From positions 192,001 through 256,000 of the forward strand of contig CAVQNG010000001.1 in assembly GCA_963713825.1 (NCBI GenBank): a stretch of DNA of 64,000 nucleotides. Reading direction: 5' to 3'. The notes beneath the pieces are model-generated. The model searched no databases and was not told the origin of the DNA. It saw only the letters and a program-made list of their open reading frames with translations. A program made the translations under genes and the position numbers. Below, in pieces: positions 1 to 9,861 of this stretch. Source of the DNA: an uncultured Acidobacteriota bacterium. Lineage in GTDB: Bacteria; Acidobacteriota; Thermoanaerobaculia; Multivoradales; JAHEKO01. The first letter of the stretch is position 1. Each line of letters starts with the position of its first letter.

Positions 1-58
1 ATAGAGCTGGGGCTTCCTAAGCCCTGAGTCGGGGGTTCGAGTCCTCCCAGCCGCACCA
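1..58 (+). tRNA. tRNA-Arg (anticodon CCT), 5' end truncated by window edge
   Basis: Anticodon stem GGGGC/GCCCT (9-13/21-25) with loop TT-CCT-AA; T-arm GGTTCGAGTCC; encoded CCA at 56-58. Confidence 0.93.
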
Positions 59-107
59 TGAGCATTCATCAGACCATGGCTCGATCCGATCCGGACGATT
101 TTGAAAA

Positions 108-851
108 ATGAACCAACGACTGACGCGAAAAGAGATCAAACGTGACCAGGTGCAGGAAACCCTGGCCGGAATCATGGAGTTTCTGCGCGAGAATCTCCGC
201 ACCCTGCTCATGCTTGGCGGCCTGGTGTTGCTGGCCGTGGGTGCAGCTGCCGCCTACTGGAGCTATCGAGACAGCAAAGAGATCGAGGCCAGTGAACAGT
301 TGGCCAAGGCGATTCGGATCTACTCGGCGGAAATCACCGATGCACCGGCTGCGACGGACCCGGGTGCTCCCACCTACCCAGATTCGATGAGCCGCGATGT
401 GGAGGCTCGCAGTCAGCTGGAGCTCGTCGTCGGTGACTTCGGCAGCTCCGACGCGGCGGCAATTGCAAAGGCCTATCTCGGAGAGCTCGACGCCCGGGCC
501 GGGGATCTGGATGGCGCTCGCCAGCTTTGGGAAGAGTTTCTAGAGTCCCATGGCAACAATATGCTGGCCTCCGAGGTGCGCTTGAACCTCATGTCCGTGG
601 ACCGGGCTCAGGGTCGGGGTCAGGAGCTGATGACGCAGATTCGAGCCATGCTTGCAGAGGCGGAGACCGATCTGCCGAAAGATGTGCTCCTCGACCAGCT
701 GGCCCTGACACAGCGCGAGCTCGGCCTCGACGCGGAGTCGCGACAGACCTTGCAGCAGCTGCTGGACGAATATCCCCAGTCGGTCTATGCAGCACAAGCC
801 CGTGCCGAGCTGGGGACCAGTGCCCCGGCCAGCCCGCTGGCCGGCTTCTAG
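108..851 (+). CDS. YfgM-like membrane-anchored TPR protein
   Basis: N-terminal RKEIKRD motif, one TM helix, helical TPR-like repeats, C-terminal YPQS..A..A. Confidence 0.7.
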   Translation: MNQRLTRKEIKRDQVQETLAGIMEFLRENLRTLLMLGGLVLLAVGAAAAYWSYRDSKEIEASEQLAKAIRIYSAEITDAPAATDPGAPTYPDSMSRDVEARSQLELVVGDFGSSDAAAIAKAYLGELDARAGDLDGARQLWEEFLESHGNNMLASEVRLNLMSVDRAQGRGQELMTQIRAMLAEAETDLPKDVLLDQLALTQRELGLDAESRQTLQQLLDEYPQSVYAAQARAELGTSAPASPLAGF

Positions 852-876
852 TGCCCAAAATGCCTCGCTCCCGACG

Positions 877-2163
877 GTGAGCAGTCCCTATCAAATCCTG
901 GCCCGCAAGAGACGTGGCCTCGCCTTGGATGCCGACGATCTGGCGGCCATCGTCGCTGGCGCGAGTGACGGCAGCTGGGGTGATGGGGAACTGGCTGCCT
1001 TCTTGATGGCGGTGGCGATTCACGGACTGGCCCCGGAGGAGATCCACCGGCTTACCCTGTCGATGCTGCAGTCTGGAGACTGCTGGGACCTGGCGAGCGA
1101 TTTCCCTGGCGTTGTCGACAAGCACTCGACGGGAGGCGTAGGGGACAAGGTCTCGTTGGTACTCGCTCCTCTGATGGCGGCAGCACGAATACCGACCGCC
1201 ATGCTGACCGGTCGAGGACTAGGCCATACCGGGGGGACCGCTGACAAACTGGAGGTGGTGCCGGGTCTCGACCTCGAGCTGAGCCGGGCCAGATGTCTGG
1301 GAGCTCTGGAACAGTCGGGCATGGCGATCGGCGTCGCGACTGCGGACATCGCCCCTGCCGATCGTCGCCTGTATGCTCTTCGCGACCGAACAGCCACGGT
1401 CGACTCCCTGCCTCTGATCGTCGCCAGCATCCTGTCGAAGAAGTTGGCTACGGGGGCGGCGGCGGTGGCCTTCGATGTCAAGACGGGGGATGGCGCCTTC
1501 ATGCAGTCGTCCGACGATGCCATCGAGCTGGCTCGTCGATTGGTGGATACCTGCGCTGCTCTCGACTGTCGGGCCAGTGCGCTCGTGACCGATATGAGTC
1601 AGCCTCTTGGGGACTGGTCGGGGCACACCATGGAAGTCGCCGAGTCGTTTCGGTGCCTGGCGGGAAATGGCCCCCCGGAGGTCATGGAGGTGGTCTACGA
1701 GTTGGCTGTGGAGATGGCCAGTCTGGTCGAGAGTCCAATGAATCGAAAGGACTTCGAGGAGCTCATCTCGAGTGGGATCGCACTCGAAACGTTCGTTCGC
1801 TGGGCCACGATCCAGGGCGCCGAGCCGGAGTGGTTGGTCGCGCCAAAACTCGCGCCGGCACCCCATGAGGTGGTCTGCGAGGCGTCGCGCAGCGGATTCG
1901 TTTCTCATGTCGCAACGCGGGAGCTCGGTCTGCTTCTGGCGGAAGCCAGCCATCCCGAGGGGCCGAAGGGGCCGCTGGATGCCGAGGTAGCGCTGCGGTA
2001 CGGCACCAGATTGGGCGACTCTGTGGCGGCAGGCCAAGAGCTTGCCCGACTCTATCTCCGCGCTCCCGACCTGCGTCTCGAGGAGCGCTTCATGACCAGC
2101 TTCACGATCGCAGATGCTGGTGCTCCCCCGAGGCTGATTCGAGATCGAGTTCCTGCACCCTGA
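877..2163 (+). CDS. pdp: Thymidine/pyrimidine-nucleoside phosphorylase
   Basis: DKHSTGGVGDK, GRGLGHTGGTADKLE, SILSKKLA, DVKTGDGAFM motifs; GTG start at 877 inferred. Confidence 0.92.
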   Translation: MSSPYQILARKRRGLALDADDLAAIVAGASDGSWGDGELAAFLMAVAIHGLAPEEIHRLTLSMLQSGDCWDLASDFPGVVDKHSTGGVGDKVSLVLAPLMAAARIPTAMLTGRGLGHTGGTADKLEVVPGLDLELSRARCLGALEQSGMAIGVATADIAPADRRLYALRDRTATVDSLPLIVASILSKKLATGAAAVAFDVKTGDGAFMQSSDDAIELARRLVDTCAALDCRASALVTDMSQPLGDWSGHTMEVAESFRCLAGNGPPEVMEVVYELAVEMASLVESPMNRKDFEELISSGIALETFVRWATIQGAEPEWLVAPKLAPAPHEVVCEASRSGFVSHVATRELGLLLAEASHPEGPKGPLDAEVALRYGTRLGDSVAAGQELARLYLRAPDLRLEERFMTSFTIADAGAPPRLIRDRVPAP

Positions 2164-2201
2164 GATCCCCTAGGCACCTGGGTGGTGTTCGAGTCCCGCC
2201 C

Positions 2202-3377
2202 TCAACGTGAGCTGCGGCCGAAATTGCTAGCCAGCTTGGCGAGGTCGTCGCCGTCGACAGCACCGTCGTTGTTGGTGTCTGCCAGGGAGCTGTATCGTGG
2301 CTGACCCCGTCGCGAGCCGAAACTGATACCGAGGAGGGAGAGGTCGAAACCGTCGACTCTGCAGTCGCCGTCGACATCGCCTTTGAGGGCCACGGCACCA
2401 CCGACGCTGTACTCACCCATGACGCGATTGGTGATGTTGGCCGGCGCGGCGGTGTCCTCGGATCGGACTCCGACTCGTCCGGCGCATCCGATGTCGCCCT
2501 TCTTGACCCTGTAGGTCAGCGTCACCCTCTTGCCGCTACCCGAGACGTTCGTCGGCACTTCGCGGCCGTTGATCGTGAAGTAGGTGGCCGATTTCCGAAC
2601 GGAGCTGTCGGATTCGTGCAGCTTGGCCCAGAGGAAATCGTTGGTGTTGAGGTTGGATGAGGATCCCGATTTCGAAAAGCCGCTGTTGACAGGGGCCAGG
2701 GTGTCGATCCCGAGGATCTTGTCGGCAAAGATCTCGGCCAACAGTTGGAACCCCGCGGCATTCGGGTGTCCCACCGGGTCGTTGGTGTTCTGGTAGTAGT
2801 AGTTGTTGAAGACCGAACGCCCGATATCGGTGAGGATGGCATAGGGCTCGGCGGTCGGTCTGGAGCTCGTGCCGATGTCTCGCACACCGACCACATAGTT
2901 GAAAGTAACGCGGTTGTCCGTGTCCTTGTTGGCCCAGGGCGGTCGCGGAATGATGGTGGCGTTGATCAGATCAAGGCCCCTGCCCATCACCTTGCGGCCC
3001 ATCTGGTCGAAGTCACTGACGACGCTCTCGAGCGAGTATTCACCGCTGATGATCCTGTCGATGTCATTCGTACCTTCCATCAGGATCACGGTGTCGGCCG
3101 TCGCCTCCTGCTCCAGGACGCTGTCCAAGCGGGTGAGGCCCTGCGAGACCCGCTCGCCACCCAGGCCATGATTGTGGACGATCGCGTCGGTTTGACCGTC
3201 CTCGCGCAGCAGAGTCTGTAAACGCCTCGGGTAGCCTCCCAGACCCTCCTCGTCGAAGGGCTCGGAGCCCTTGGTGATGCTGTCGCCGAAGGCGACGACC
3301 TCCTGGCCGTCAGCAGGGGACAGCAGGCCCAGAATCCCAATCAGCAGCAGGCACCCATGGCGCGTGGCCAGCCTCAT
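2202..3377 (-). CDS. Secreted SGNH/GDSL hydrolase with C-terminal dockerin-like domain
   Basis: Signal peptide; FGDSIT, GTND, D-x3-HPN blocks; paired Ca-binding repeats GDVDGDCRVDGFD and ADTNNDGAVDGDD. Confidence 0.82.
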   Translation of the reverse strand: MRLATRHGCLLLIGILGLLSPADGQEVVAFGDSITKGSEPFDEEGLGGYPRRLQTLLREDGQTDAIVHNHGLGGERVSQGLTRLDSVLEQEATADTVILMEGTNDIDRIISGEYSLESVVSDFDQMGRKVMGRGLDLINATIIPRPPWANKDTDNRVTFNYVVGVRDIGTSSRPTAEPYAILTDIGRSVFNNYYYQNTNDPVGHPNAAGFQLLAEIFADKILGIDTLAPVNSGFSKSGSSSNLNTNDFLWAKLHESDSSVRKSATYFTINGREVPTNVSGSGKRVTLTYRVKKGDIGCAGRVGVRSEDTAAPANITNRVMGEYSVGGAVALKGDVDGDCRVDGFDLSLLGISFGSRRGQPRYSSLADTNNDGAVDGDDLAKLASNFGRSSR

Positions 3378-4402
3378 CGATTGGCTCCCCACTGGGCGGT
3401 CGTTTCACGGACCGAAGGAGAGCGCAGACCGACCTGGTGCGAGCTTGTCCAGGTCAGAACAGGCTTTTCGTCCCCAGGCCCAGCGACCGAGGCTCGCCGC
3501 ACGACACGTCCCGTGGCCTGAAGCTCCAGGATCGACCAGGACGCGGTCGAGGCTGAATTGAAGAGCAGAAACGTCTTTCGTCCAAAGGAGGTGAGCTGCG
3601 GATCGACGGATCCCTTGTCGCCGACGGTCTGCGGCGCCTGCCAGCGAGAGCCATCGAAGCTGGAGACGGTCAGTCGATAGTCGTTGCCGTCGAATCGACT
3701 CCAGGCGATCAAAGCGCCGTTCTGGGTTGCGACAACCTGGGGTGTGATGTCGGGCCAGGAGTTGTTGCCAGTCAGTCGTCTGGGTGCAGTCCAGGTGCTT
3801 CCCGTCTTCTTCAGGCTCCAGTAGATCTCGTCATCGTGGCCATCGAAGGCTGCCCAGGTCAGGAGCCAAGACCCATCGCTCAGTACTGTTCCCGTGAGGC
3901 CGGTCTGACTCCCTTTGATCGGAGGAGAGACGATCTCGACGGGCTTCCACTCGGACCCGGTCCAGCTGGCGGCCCTCACCGATAGGGATCCTGAGTGTTG
4001 ACCTTCAAGCCAAGCGAGTCCACTCACTTCTTCTCTGGTGACCATCAACCGTGGTTGAAGCCGCAGAGATTCGGTCTGGGAGGCGGGCTCGGGCAGGCGC
4101 TCGAGCCCAGCCGCGCCCTGTTCGAGGACGATGATCTTCTGCTTCCCCGCAGCGGTCTGGGTCCCGACTGCAGCCCAGCCGGAACGGGTCTCTGCGAAAT
4201 CTGTCAGACGTTCTTGCGATCGCAGGCGGACCTGCTTCCGACGCCCCCCAGGCTGTTCGACCGTGGCTTTTCCCTGCTCTGCAACCAGGAGCAAACCCAA
4301 CTTGTTGTTGGAGGGCTGCAGAATCTCGGAACTGTCGCCAGCCAGCGAGGTAGAGCTGATGCCGGCCAAGATCGAGAACAGTAGCAGTCGCCGAAAACCC
4401 AT
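3374..4402 (-). CDS. Secreted hypothetical protein with Trp-containing repeats (beta-propeller-like)
   Basis: Signal peptide MGFRRLLLFSILAG; repeats WTGSEWKP, KTGSTWTAP, FDGSRWQAP; ATGA overlap with the SGNH gene. Confidence 0.65.
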   Translation of the reverse strand: MGFRRLLLFSILAGISSTSLAGDSSEILQPSNNKLGLLLVAEQGKATVEQPGGRRKQVRLRSQERLTDFAETRSGWAAVGTQTAAGKQKIIVLEQGAAGLERLPEPASQTESLRLQPRLMVTREEVSGLAWLEGQHSGSLSVRAASWTGSEWKPVEIVSPPIKGSQTGLTGTVLSDGSWLLTWAAFDGHDDEIYWSLKKTGSTWTAPRRLTGNNSWPDITPQVVATQNGALIAWSRFDGNDYRLTVSSFDGSRWQAPQTVGDKGSVDPQLTSFGRKTFLLFNSASTASWSILELQATGRVVRRASVAGPGDEKPVLTWTSSHQVGLRSPSVRETTAQWGANR

Positions 4403-4503
4403 GACAGGGCCGATCCTAAGCGGCCCACAGCCCGGTGTCAATTGGCAGAATCGCTCTTCAAGGAGGCTTGCCGAGTGGCGTTGTCGCGCCTATCATGCAT
4501 CGC

Positions 4504-5790
4504 ATGAGGGCAGCAATTCTGGCGGTGGGCTCGGAGCTCCTGGGGCCGGATCGACTCGAGTCGAACTCCCTGTACCTGGCGCAGACCCTGCGCCGTTACG
4601 GCGTAGTCCTGGTTCGAAAGTCGATTGTCGCAGACGTGGTTGACGACATCAGGCGAGAGTTGACAGCTTTACTAGGGGATGCGGACCTGGTGCTGATCTG
4701 CGGAGGTCTGGGCCCTACGGCCGACGATGTGACTCGAGAAGGTACGGCTCTGGCAGTGGGGCGTGGGCTGGCCGAGGATGCGGCGCAGCTCGAGGTTCTG
4801 AAAGGGAAGTTCGCTCGCTTTGGAATGCGAATGGCGGACACGAATCTCAAGCAGGCCGAGGTGATCGATGGAGCCCGGGTGCTGCCCAATCCTCGCGGCT
4901 CTGCACCTGGACAGGCTCTCGAGACCGATGGGAAGTCGATCTTCCTGTTCCCAGGTGTGCCAAGAGAGTTGAGAGGGATGGCGCGATCCGAGCTGGAGCC
5001 GTGGCTGGAGGAAGAGACGGAGGGCGAAGCGGTGGAGACGCGCGTCTTGCGGATCGCCTGCGTTGGAGAATCGACGTTGGAGGAGCGAATTCTCCCGGCC
5101 TATACCGAGTTCGGCAGAGAAGCGCTTTCTGTGCTGGCCTCGGCCGGAGAGATCCAGGTCCGGGTCACGGCTACGGGTCACTCGAAAGACCGATCGGCCG
5201 CCCTGGATTCGATGACCCGACGGCTTCGGCAGCTGATCGGTGACAGCGTCTACGCGGAGGGCCAGGGATCGTCTCTCGAAAGCGTGGTCGGGAGCCTTCT
5301 GGCGGGCCGAGGAAAGACGGTTGTGACAGCCGAGTCCTGCACCGGTGGGTTGATTGCCAAGAGGTTGACGGCGGTGCCGGGAAGTAGCGGGTACTTTCTC
5401 GGAGGAGTGGTGACCTACGCGGACCGCATGAAGCGCCAGTTGTTGGAAGTACCGGCCGAGGTGCTCGAGGAACACGGTGCGGTTAGTCCGGAAGTCGTCA
5501 GTTGGATGGCGTCAGGGGCCCGGCGCTTGCTGGGGGCCGACTACGCGCTGGCCGTGAGTGGCATTGCCGGACCAGGGGGAGGAACAGACAGCAAACCGGT
5601 AGGCTTGGTCTACATCGGCCTGGCAGGTGACGGTGAGCCTGAGGTCCAGAAGCACCAGCTGCTCGGAGATCGCAAGCGGGTGCGGTGGATGGCGAGTCAG
5701 TGGTCTCTCGACCTGATGCGCCGCGAGCTTCTGCGAACCGAGGGCGGAGCAGAGCAGGTACCAGACGTTGCGGAATGGAGAGGCGAATGA
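4504..5790 (+). CDS. cinA: Competence/damage-inducible protein CinA (MoCF-like domain + NMN deamidase PncC domain)
   Basis: AVGSELL, GGLGPTADD.T, PGVPRE, AESCTGG, SGIAGPGGG motifs. Confidence 0.93.
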   Translation: MRAAILAVGSELLGPDRLESNSLYLAQTLRRYGVVLVRKSIVADVVDDIRRELTALLGDADLVLICGGLGPTADDVTREGTALAVGRGLAEDAAQLEVLKGKFARFGMRMADTNLKQAEVIDGARVLPNPRGSAPGQALETDGKSIFLFPGVPRELRGMARSELEPWLEEETEGEAVETRVLRIACVGESTLEERILPAYTEFGREALSVLASAGEIQVRVTATGHSKDRSAALDSMTRRLRQLIGDSVYAEGQGSSLESVVGSLLAGRGKTVVTAESCTGGLIAKRLTAVPGSSGYFLGGVVTYADRMKRQLLEVPAEVLEEHGAVSPEVVSWMASGARRLLGADYALAVSGIAGPGGGTDSKPVGLVYIGLAGDGEPEVQKHQLLGDRKRVRWMASQWSLDLMRRELLRTEGGAEQVPDVAEWRGE

Positions 5791-6356
5791 GGCTATTCGT
5801 CGGACTCGAGATACCGCGCCCAATTCGGCAGGCCATGCACGAGAGGACCGCACGACTGAGAGACTCCCTGCCCCAGGCAAGTTGGGTCGCTGCCGCCGAC
5901 TATCACTTGCTGTTAGCCTTTCTGGGAGACACGAGTGAGCCCGCCATGGGCAGCGTCCGAGCCGCGTTGTCTGCGGCATTCGGCTCGCACGAAGGCTTCG
6001 ACGTGCAGCTCGCTGGTGCTGGAGCCTCGCCACCCATGCGCCCAGCTCGGGTACTGTGGATCGGTGTTGAAGACAAGACAGGACTGGAACGTCTGCACCG
6101 AATCGTCTGGGAAAGCCTGAACAGGGTTGTCGACATCGAGGCCGACTGGAAGCCATTTCACGCCCATTCGACGGTGGCTCGATGCCCCCCCAAAGCCTGG
6201 ACCCGGCGCTGCGTCGAGGTCTGGTGCCGCTCCTGCTCGGGCCGAGTGGGAGACTCTTTCCCGGTTCGCCGAGGCGCCCTCTTCAGCTGTGAGTCCGGCA
6301 ACGGAGACCCGAGGTATCAGGTGATCGAGACCTATCCGATGAGGGGATTTCATTGA
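5787..6356 (+). CDS. thpR: RNA 2',3'-cyclic phosphodiesterase (2H family)
   Basis: MRLFVG start, HLLLAFLG and FHAHSTVAR motifs, position after cinA. Confidence 0.85.
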   Translation: MRLFVGLEIPRPIRQAMHERTARLRDSLPQASWVAAADYHLLLAFLGDTSEPAMGSVRAALSAAFGSHEGFDVQLAGAGASPPMRPARVLWIGVEDKTGLERLHRIVWESLNRVVDIEADWKPFHAHSTVARCPPKAWTRRCVEVWCRSCSGRVGDSFPVRRGALFSCESGNGDPRYQVIETYPMRGFH

Positions 6357-6979
6357 CCTGGATCGGCCTGGTCGTCGGGGCCTACCTGCTGGGTTCCGTA
6401 CCCTTCGCTTATCTCGTGGTCCGAGGACTTTCGGGCGTGGACATCCGATCCATTGGCAGTGGCAACGTGGGCGCCACGAACGTCTTGCGGTCTGCAGGAA
6501 CTCCGGCAGCGGCTGCTGTACTGGTATTGGACATAGCCAAAGGTGCTGCTCCGGTGGTCCTCGGGCGAGCACTGGACGCCCCGCCTGCTGTCCTGGGCGC
6601 CTGCGCTTTGGCTGCGGTTCTGGGCCATGTCTTCCCGGTTTTTCTCGGTTTCCGCGGTGGCAAGGGCGTAGCGACAGCCGCAGGAGCGATCGGAGCGCTG
6701 AGCCCGGCGCCCATGCTGGCAGCTGTTCTGGTTTTCGGTGTGACGGTCGCATGGAAGCGGTACGTATCGCTGGGCTCGATGCTGGCGGTGGCGAGTTTCC
6801 CCCTTTTCGCTTATGTTTTTGGCAAGCTCGGGTGGATGGAGCCGATGCCGCGAGTCCTCCTGCTCGGAACCACCGTGGCAGCTGGACTGATCCTGATGCG
6901 CCATGCGGAGAATGTGCGACGCTTGGCGGTGGGCAGGGAGCATCGGTTGGGTGATCATCTGGAAGGAGATGGAGCGTGA
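6353..6979 (+). CDS. plsY: Glycerol-3-phosphate acyltransferase
   Basis: YLLGSVP, GSGNVGATNVLR, DIAKG, GHVFPVFLGFRGGKGVAT. Confidence 0.95.
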   Translation: MTWIGLVVGAYLLGSVPFAYLVVRGLSGVDIRSIGSGNVGATNVLRSAGTPAAAAVLVLDIAKGAAPVVLGRALDAPPAVLGACALAAVLGHVFPVFLGFRGGKGVATAAGAIGALSPAPMLAAVLVFGVTVAWKRYVSLGSMLAVASFPLFAYVFGKLGWMEPMPRVLLLGTTVAAGLILMRHAENVRRLAVGREHRLGDHLEGDGA

Positions 6980-7989
6980 CGCGAATAGCAGTCTTGGGAG
7001 CGGGATCCTGGGGCACGGCCCTGGCGGTACATGCGGCATCTGCTGGCTGTGATGTGCGACTTTGGGCACGGCGGCCCGACCTCGCCGCGGAGCTGGCGGC
7101 GAATCGAGAGAACCTGGTCTACCTTCCAGGAGTCGAGCTGGCGGCGAGTATCGAGCCCACGTCGAAGATGCAGGATCTGGCGGATTGCAGGATCTTTCTG
7201 GTCGTTGTCCCTTCCCACGGCTTTCGAACCGCTGTCCGTGGCCTATTGGATGTTCTCCCAGACAGGGACGAGATTCAGCTGGTCTCGGCCACCAAGGGCA
7301 TCGAGACCGAGACGACGGCTCGCATGAGCCAAGTAGCCAGTGAAGAGGCCGATGCCAAGGGCAGAGACCTGTGTTTCGCTACCCTGGCCGGACCGACATT
7401 CGCCGCGGAGCTGGCCGTCGGACAGCCGAGTGCCGGGGTCGTGGCCTCGAGCACTTCCGAGATCGCGGTAGAGCTGGGTGAGTTGCTGGCCACGCCGCGA
7501 TTCCGGCTCTACTCGACCGACGATGTCGTGGGAGTCGAGCTCGGCGGTGCCGGCAAGAATGTCATTGCCATTGCGGCCGGAGTCGTCAGCGGGCTGGGTC
7601 TGGGGCACAATACGCTGGCGGCGCTGATGACCCGAGGGCTGCACGAATTGACCCGTCTGGGAGTGGCATGCGGAGGACAGCGGCGAACCTTCTCGGGTCT
7701 GGCTGGAATGGGTGACCTGGTCTTGACCTGCACCGGTGGTTTGTCTCGAAATCGGCAGACCGGGATTCAACTGGCGGCTGGCAAGACGCTGCAGCAGATT
7801 CAGGAAGAAACGTCAATGGTGGCCGAGGGAATTCGCAACTCGTTGTCGATGACTCGACTGGCACGCAAGAGTGGCATCGAAATGCCCATCACCGAGCAGA
7901 TGATGAAGGTCATGTACGAAGGCAAGACGCCGCGCCAGGCCCTCGAAGATCTGATGACCCGTGAGCTCAAGGCCGAGGCCGAGCTCTGA
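6976..7989 (+). CDS. gpsA: NAD(P)H-dependent glycerol-3-phosphate dehydrogenase
   Basis: [38 protein letters not shown]. Confidence 0.96.
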   Translation: MTRIAVLGAGSWGTALAVHAASAGCDVRLWARRPDLAAELAANRENLVYLPGVELAASIEPTSKMQDLADCRIFLVVVPSHGFRTAVRGLLDVLPDRDEIQLVSATKGIETETTARMSQVASEEADAKGRDLCFATLAGPTFAAELAVGQPSAGVVASSTSEIAVELGELLATPRFRLYSTDDVVGVELGGAGKNVIAIAAGVVSGLGLGHNTLAALMTRGLHELTRLGVACGGQRRTFSGLAGMGDLVLTCTGGLSRNRQTGIQLAAGKTLQQIQEETSMVAEGIRNSLSMTRLARKSGIEMPITEQMMKVMYEGKTPRQALEDLMTRELKAEAEL

Positions 7990-8005
7990 CATCGAAAGGG
8001 AAACC

Positions 8006-9586
8006 ATGAGCGATGACCACGTGGCGGACTCTGCTCCGGCCAGGCTCGAGGGGCATCAAACGGTGCTCGTCCTGGATTTTGGAAGTCAGTACACGCAGCT
8101 GATTGCCCGCCGGGTGCGCGAGAACAGGGTCTATTGCGAGATCTTGCCGTTCGACACCTCGGTCGCAGAGATCGAAGAACGATCGCCAGTTGGCTTGATC
8201 CTCTCCGGCGGGCCACAGAGCGTCTATGAGCCAGGAGCGGTGCATCCTGATCCGAAGCTGTTCGATCTGGGTATTCCGACACTGGGTATCTGCTATGGAA
8301 TGCAGGTAATGGTGCACCAACTCGGAGGTGAGGTGGAGGCCTCCGACAGCCGCGAGTACGGCAGGGCCGAGGTCGATGTGGTCGATCCGGGCTTGTTATT
8401 CGAGGGTCTCGGCGAACGTGAGACCGTGTGGATGAGTCACGGTGATCGCATCGTTGCGTTGCCGGAGGGATTCCGGGTCTGCGCCTCGACGATCAATGCC
8501 CCGACGGTGGCACTCGAGAGCTCGACTCGCAAGATCTTCGGGATTCAGTTTCATCCCGAGGTGTCGCACACCGTGTCGGGAGGCGAGATCCTACGCAACT
8601 TCCTCTACGGCGCCTGCGGGGCGGTGGGCGATTGGGGTATGGCCTCCTATCTCGAAGAGGCGGTGGAGACGATCAGGAGACTGGTCGACGATGGCAGGGT
8701 GTTGTGCGCCCTGTCGGGAGGTGTCGACTCGTCGGTGGTTGCGATGCTCTTGCACAAGGCCCTCGGTGAACGGATGGTGGCGGTCTTTGTTGACAACGGT
8801 GTGTTGCGCAAGGGAGAAGGCCAGCAGGTGCTCCATAGCCTGCGCGATGGTCTTGGTCTGCCAGTTATCGGTGTGGATGCAAGCGAGCGATTTCTGGCGG
8901 CGCTCGAGGGTGTCGACGATCCGGAGGAGAAGCGGCGGATTATCGGTCGCGTCTTCATCGAGGTCTTCGAAGACGAGGCCTCGAAGCATGGCGACATCCA
9001 CTACCTGGCCCAGGGCACGCTCTATCCAGACGTCATCGAGTCGGTCTCGGTCAAGGGGCCGTCGGCGGTGATCAAGACTCACCACAATGTGGGCGGACTG
9101 CCTGAGCGACTCGGATTCGAGCTCGTCGAACCGCTCCGTCTCCTCTTCAAAGACGAGGTGCGACAGCTGGGTCGAGAGCTGGGTCTTCCAGAGGAGTTTG
9201 TCGGTCGACACCCTTTTCCAGGTCCCGGTCTGGCTGTGCGAATCCTCGGCGCAGTAACTGCGGATCGGGTAAGTCTCCTGCAGGAGGCTGATGCCATCTT
9301 TCTCCAGGAGCTACGGGAAGCTGGTTTGTACGACAAAGTGAGTCAGGCCTTTGCCGTTCTGTTGCCAGTCAAGAGTGTCGGCGTCATGGGCGACTATCGA
9401 ACCTATGAAAACGTCATCGCGATCCGCTCCGTGGATACGCAGGACTTCATGACCGCGGATTGGAGTCCCTTGCCTCACGAGCTGCTGGGAAGGGTAGCCA
9501 GCCGGGTGGTCAACGAGGTCGCTGGTGTCAACAGGGTGGTCTACGATGTCACCAGCAAGCCGCCTGGCACGATCGAATGGGAGTGA
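8006..9586 (+). CDS. guaA: GMP synthase (glutamine-hydrolysing)
   Basis: [41 protein letters not shown]. Confidence 0.98.
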   Translation: MSDDHVADSAPARLEGHQTVLVLDFGSQYTQLIARRVRENRVYCEILPFDTSVAEIEERSPVGLILSGGPQSVYEPGAVHPDPKLFDLGIPTLGICYGMQVMVHQLGGEVEASDSREYGRAEVDVVDPGLLFEGLGERETVWMSHGDRIVALPEGFRVCASTINAPTVALESSTRKIFGIQFHPEVSHTVSGGEILRNFLYGACGAVGDWGMASYLEEAVETIRRLVDDGRVLCALSGGVDSSVVAMLLHKALGERMVAVFVDNGVLRKGEGQQVLHSLRDGLGLPVIGVDASERFLAALEGVDDPEEKRRIIGRVFIEVFEDEASKHGDIHYLAQGTLYPDVIESVSVKGPSAVIKTHHNVGGLPERLGFELVEPLRLLFKDEVRQLGRELGLPEEFVGRHPFPGPGLAVRILGAVTADRVSLLQEADAIFLQELREAGLYDKVSQAFAVLLPVKSVGVMGDYRTYENVIAIRSVDTQDFMTADWSPLPHELLGRVASRVVNEVAGVNRVVYDVTSKPPGTIEWE

Positions 9587-9837
9587 GTCCGCAGTTTCAG
9601 TTGCTCTCCAGGCCGCGTTGTCATCTCTGTCATGAGATGGAGACTCTCCTGCGCGAGGTACTGCCCGAGCTGGGACTTGAATTTTCCGTCCACGACGTGG
9701 ACTCCGATCCAGAGTGGCGGCGCCGATTCAGCGGCGTGATTCCCGTGCTCCTCCGGGACGGACAACCGGTAGCCAAGGTTCGCCTCGATCGTCGGCAGCT
9801 GATTCGGCTGGCAAAGCGCCGGCGCCGGACAACGTGA
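9583..9837 (+). CDS. Glutaredoxin-like protein (DUF836 type)
   Basis: CHLC motif, [13 protein letters not shown]; GTGA overlap with guaA stop. Confidence 0.8.
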   Translation: MSPQFQLLSRPRCHLCHEMETLLREVLPELGLEFSVHDVDSDPEWRRRFSGVIPVLLRDGQPVAKVRLDRRQLIRLAKRRRRTT

Positions 9838-9861
9838 GTCGCAGCCGCAGGAGAGGGTTCG

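Noticed and set aside
2178-2200. GTTCGAGTCC match to the tRNA-Arg T-loop, suggesting an attR remnant
   Set aside because: Only 10 nt match, with no acceptor-stem sequence and no integrase. The enclosed genes are housekeeping. It is better explained as a hairpin (GGGTGG/CCGCCC) between convergent genes.
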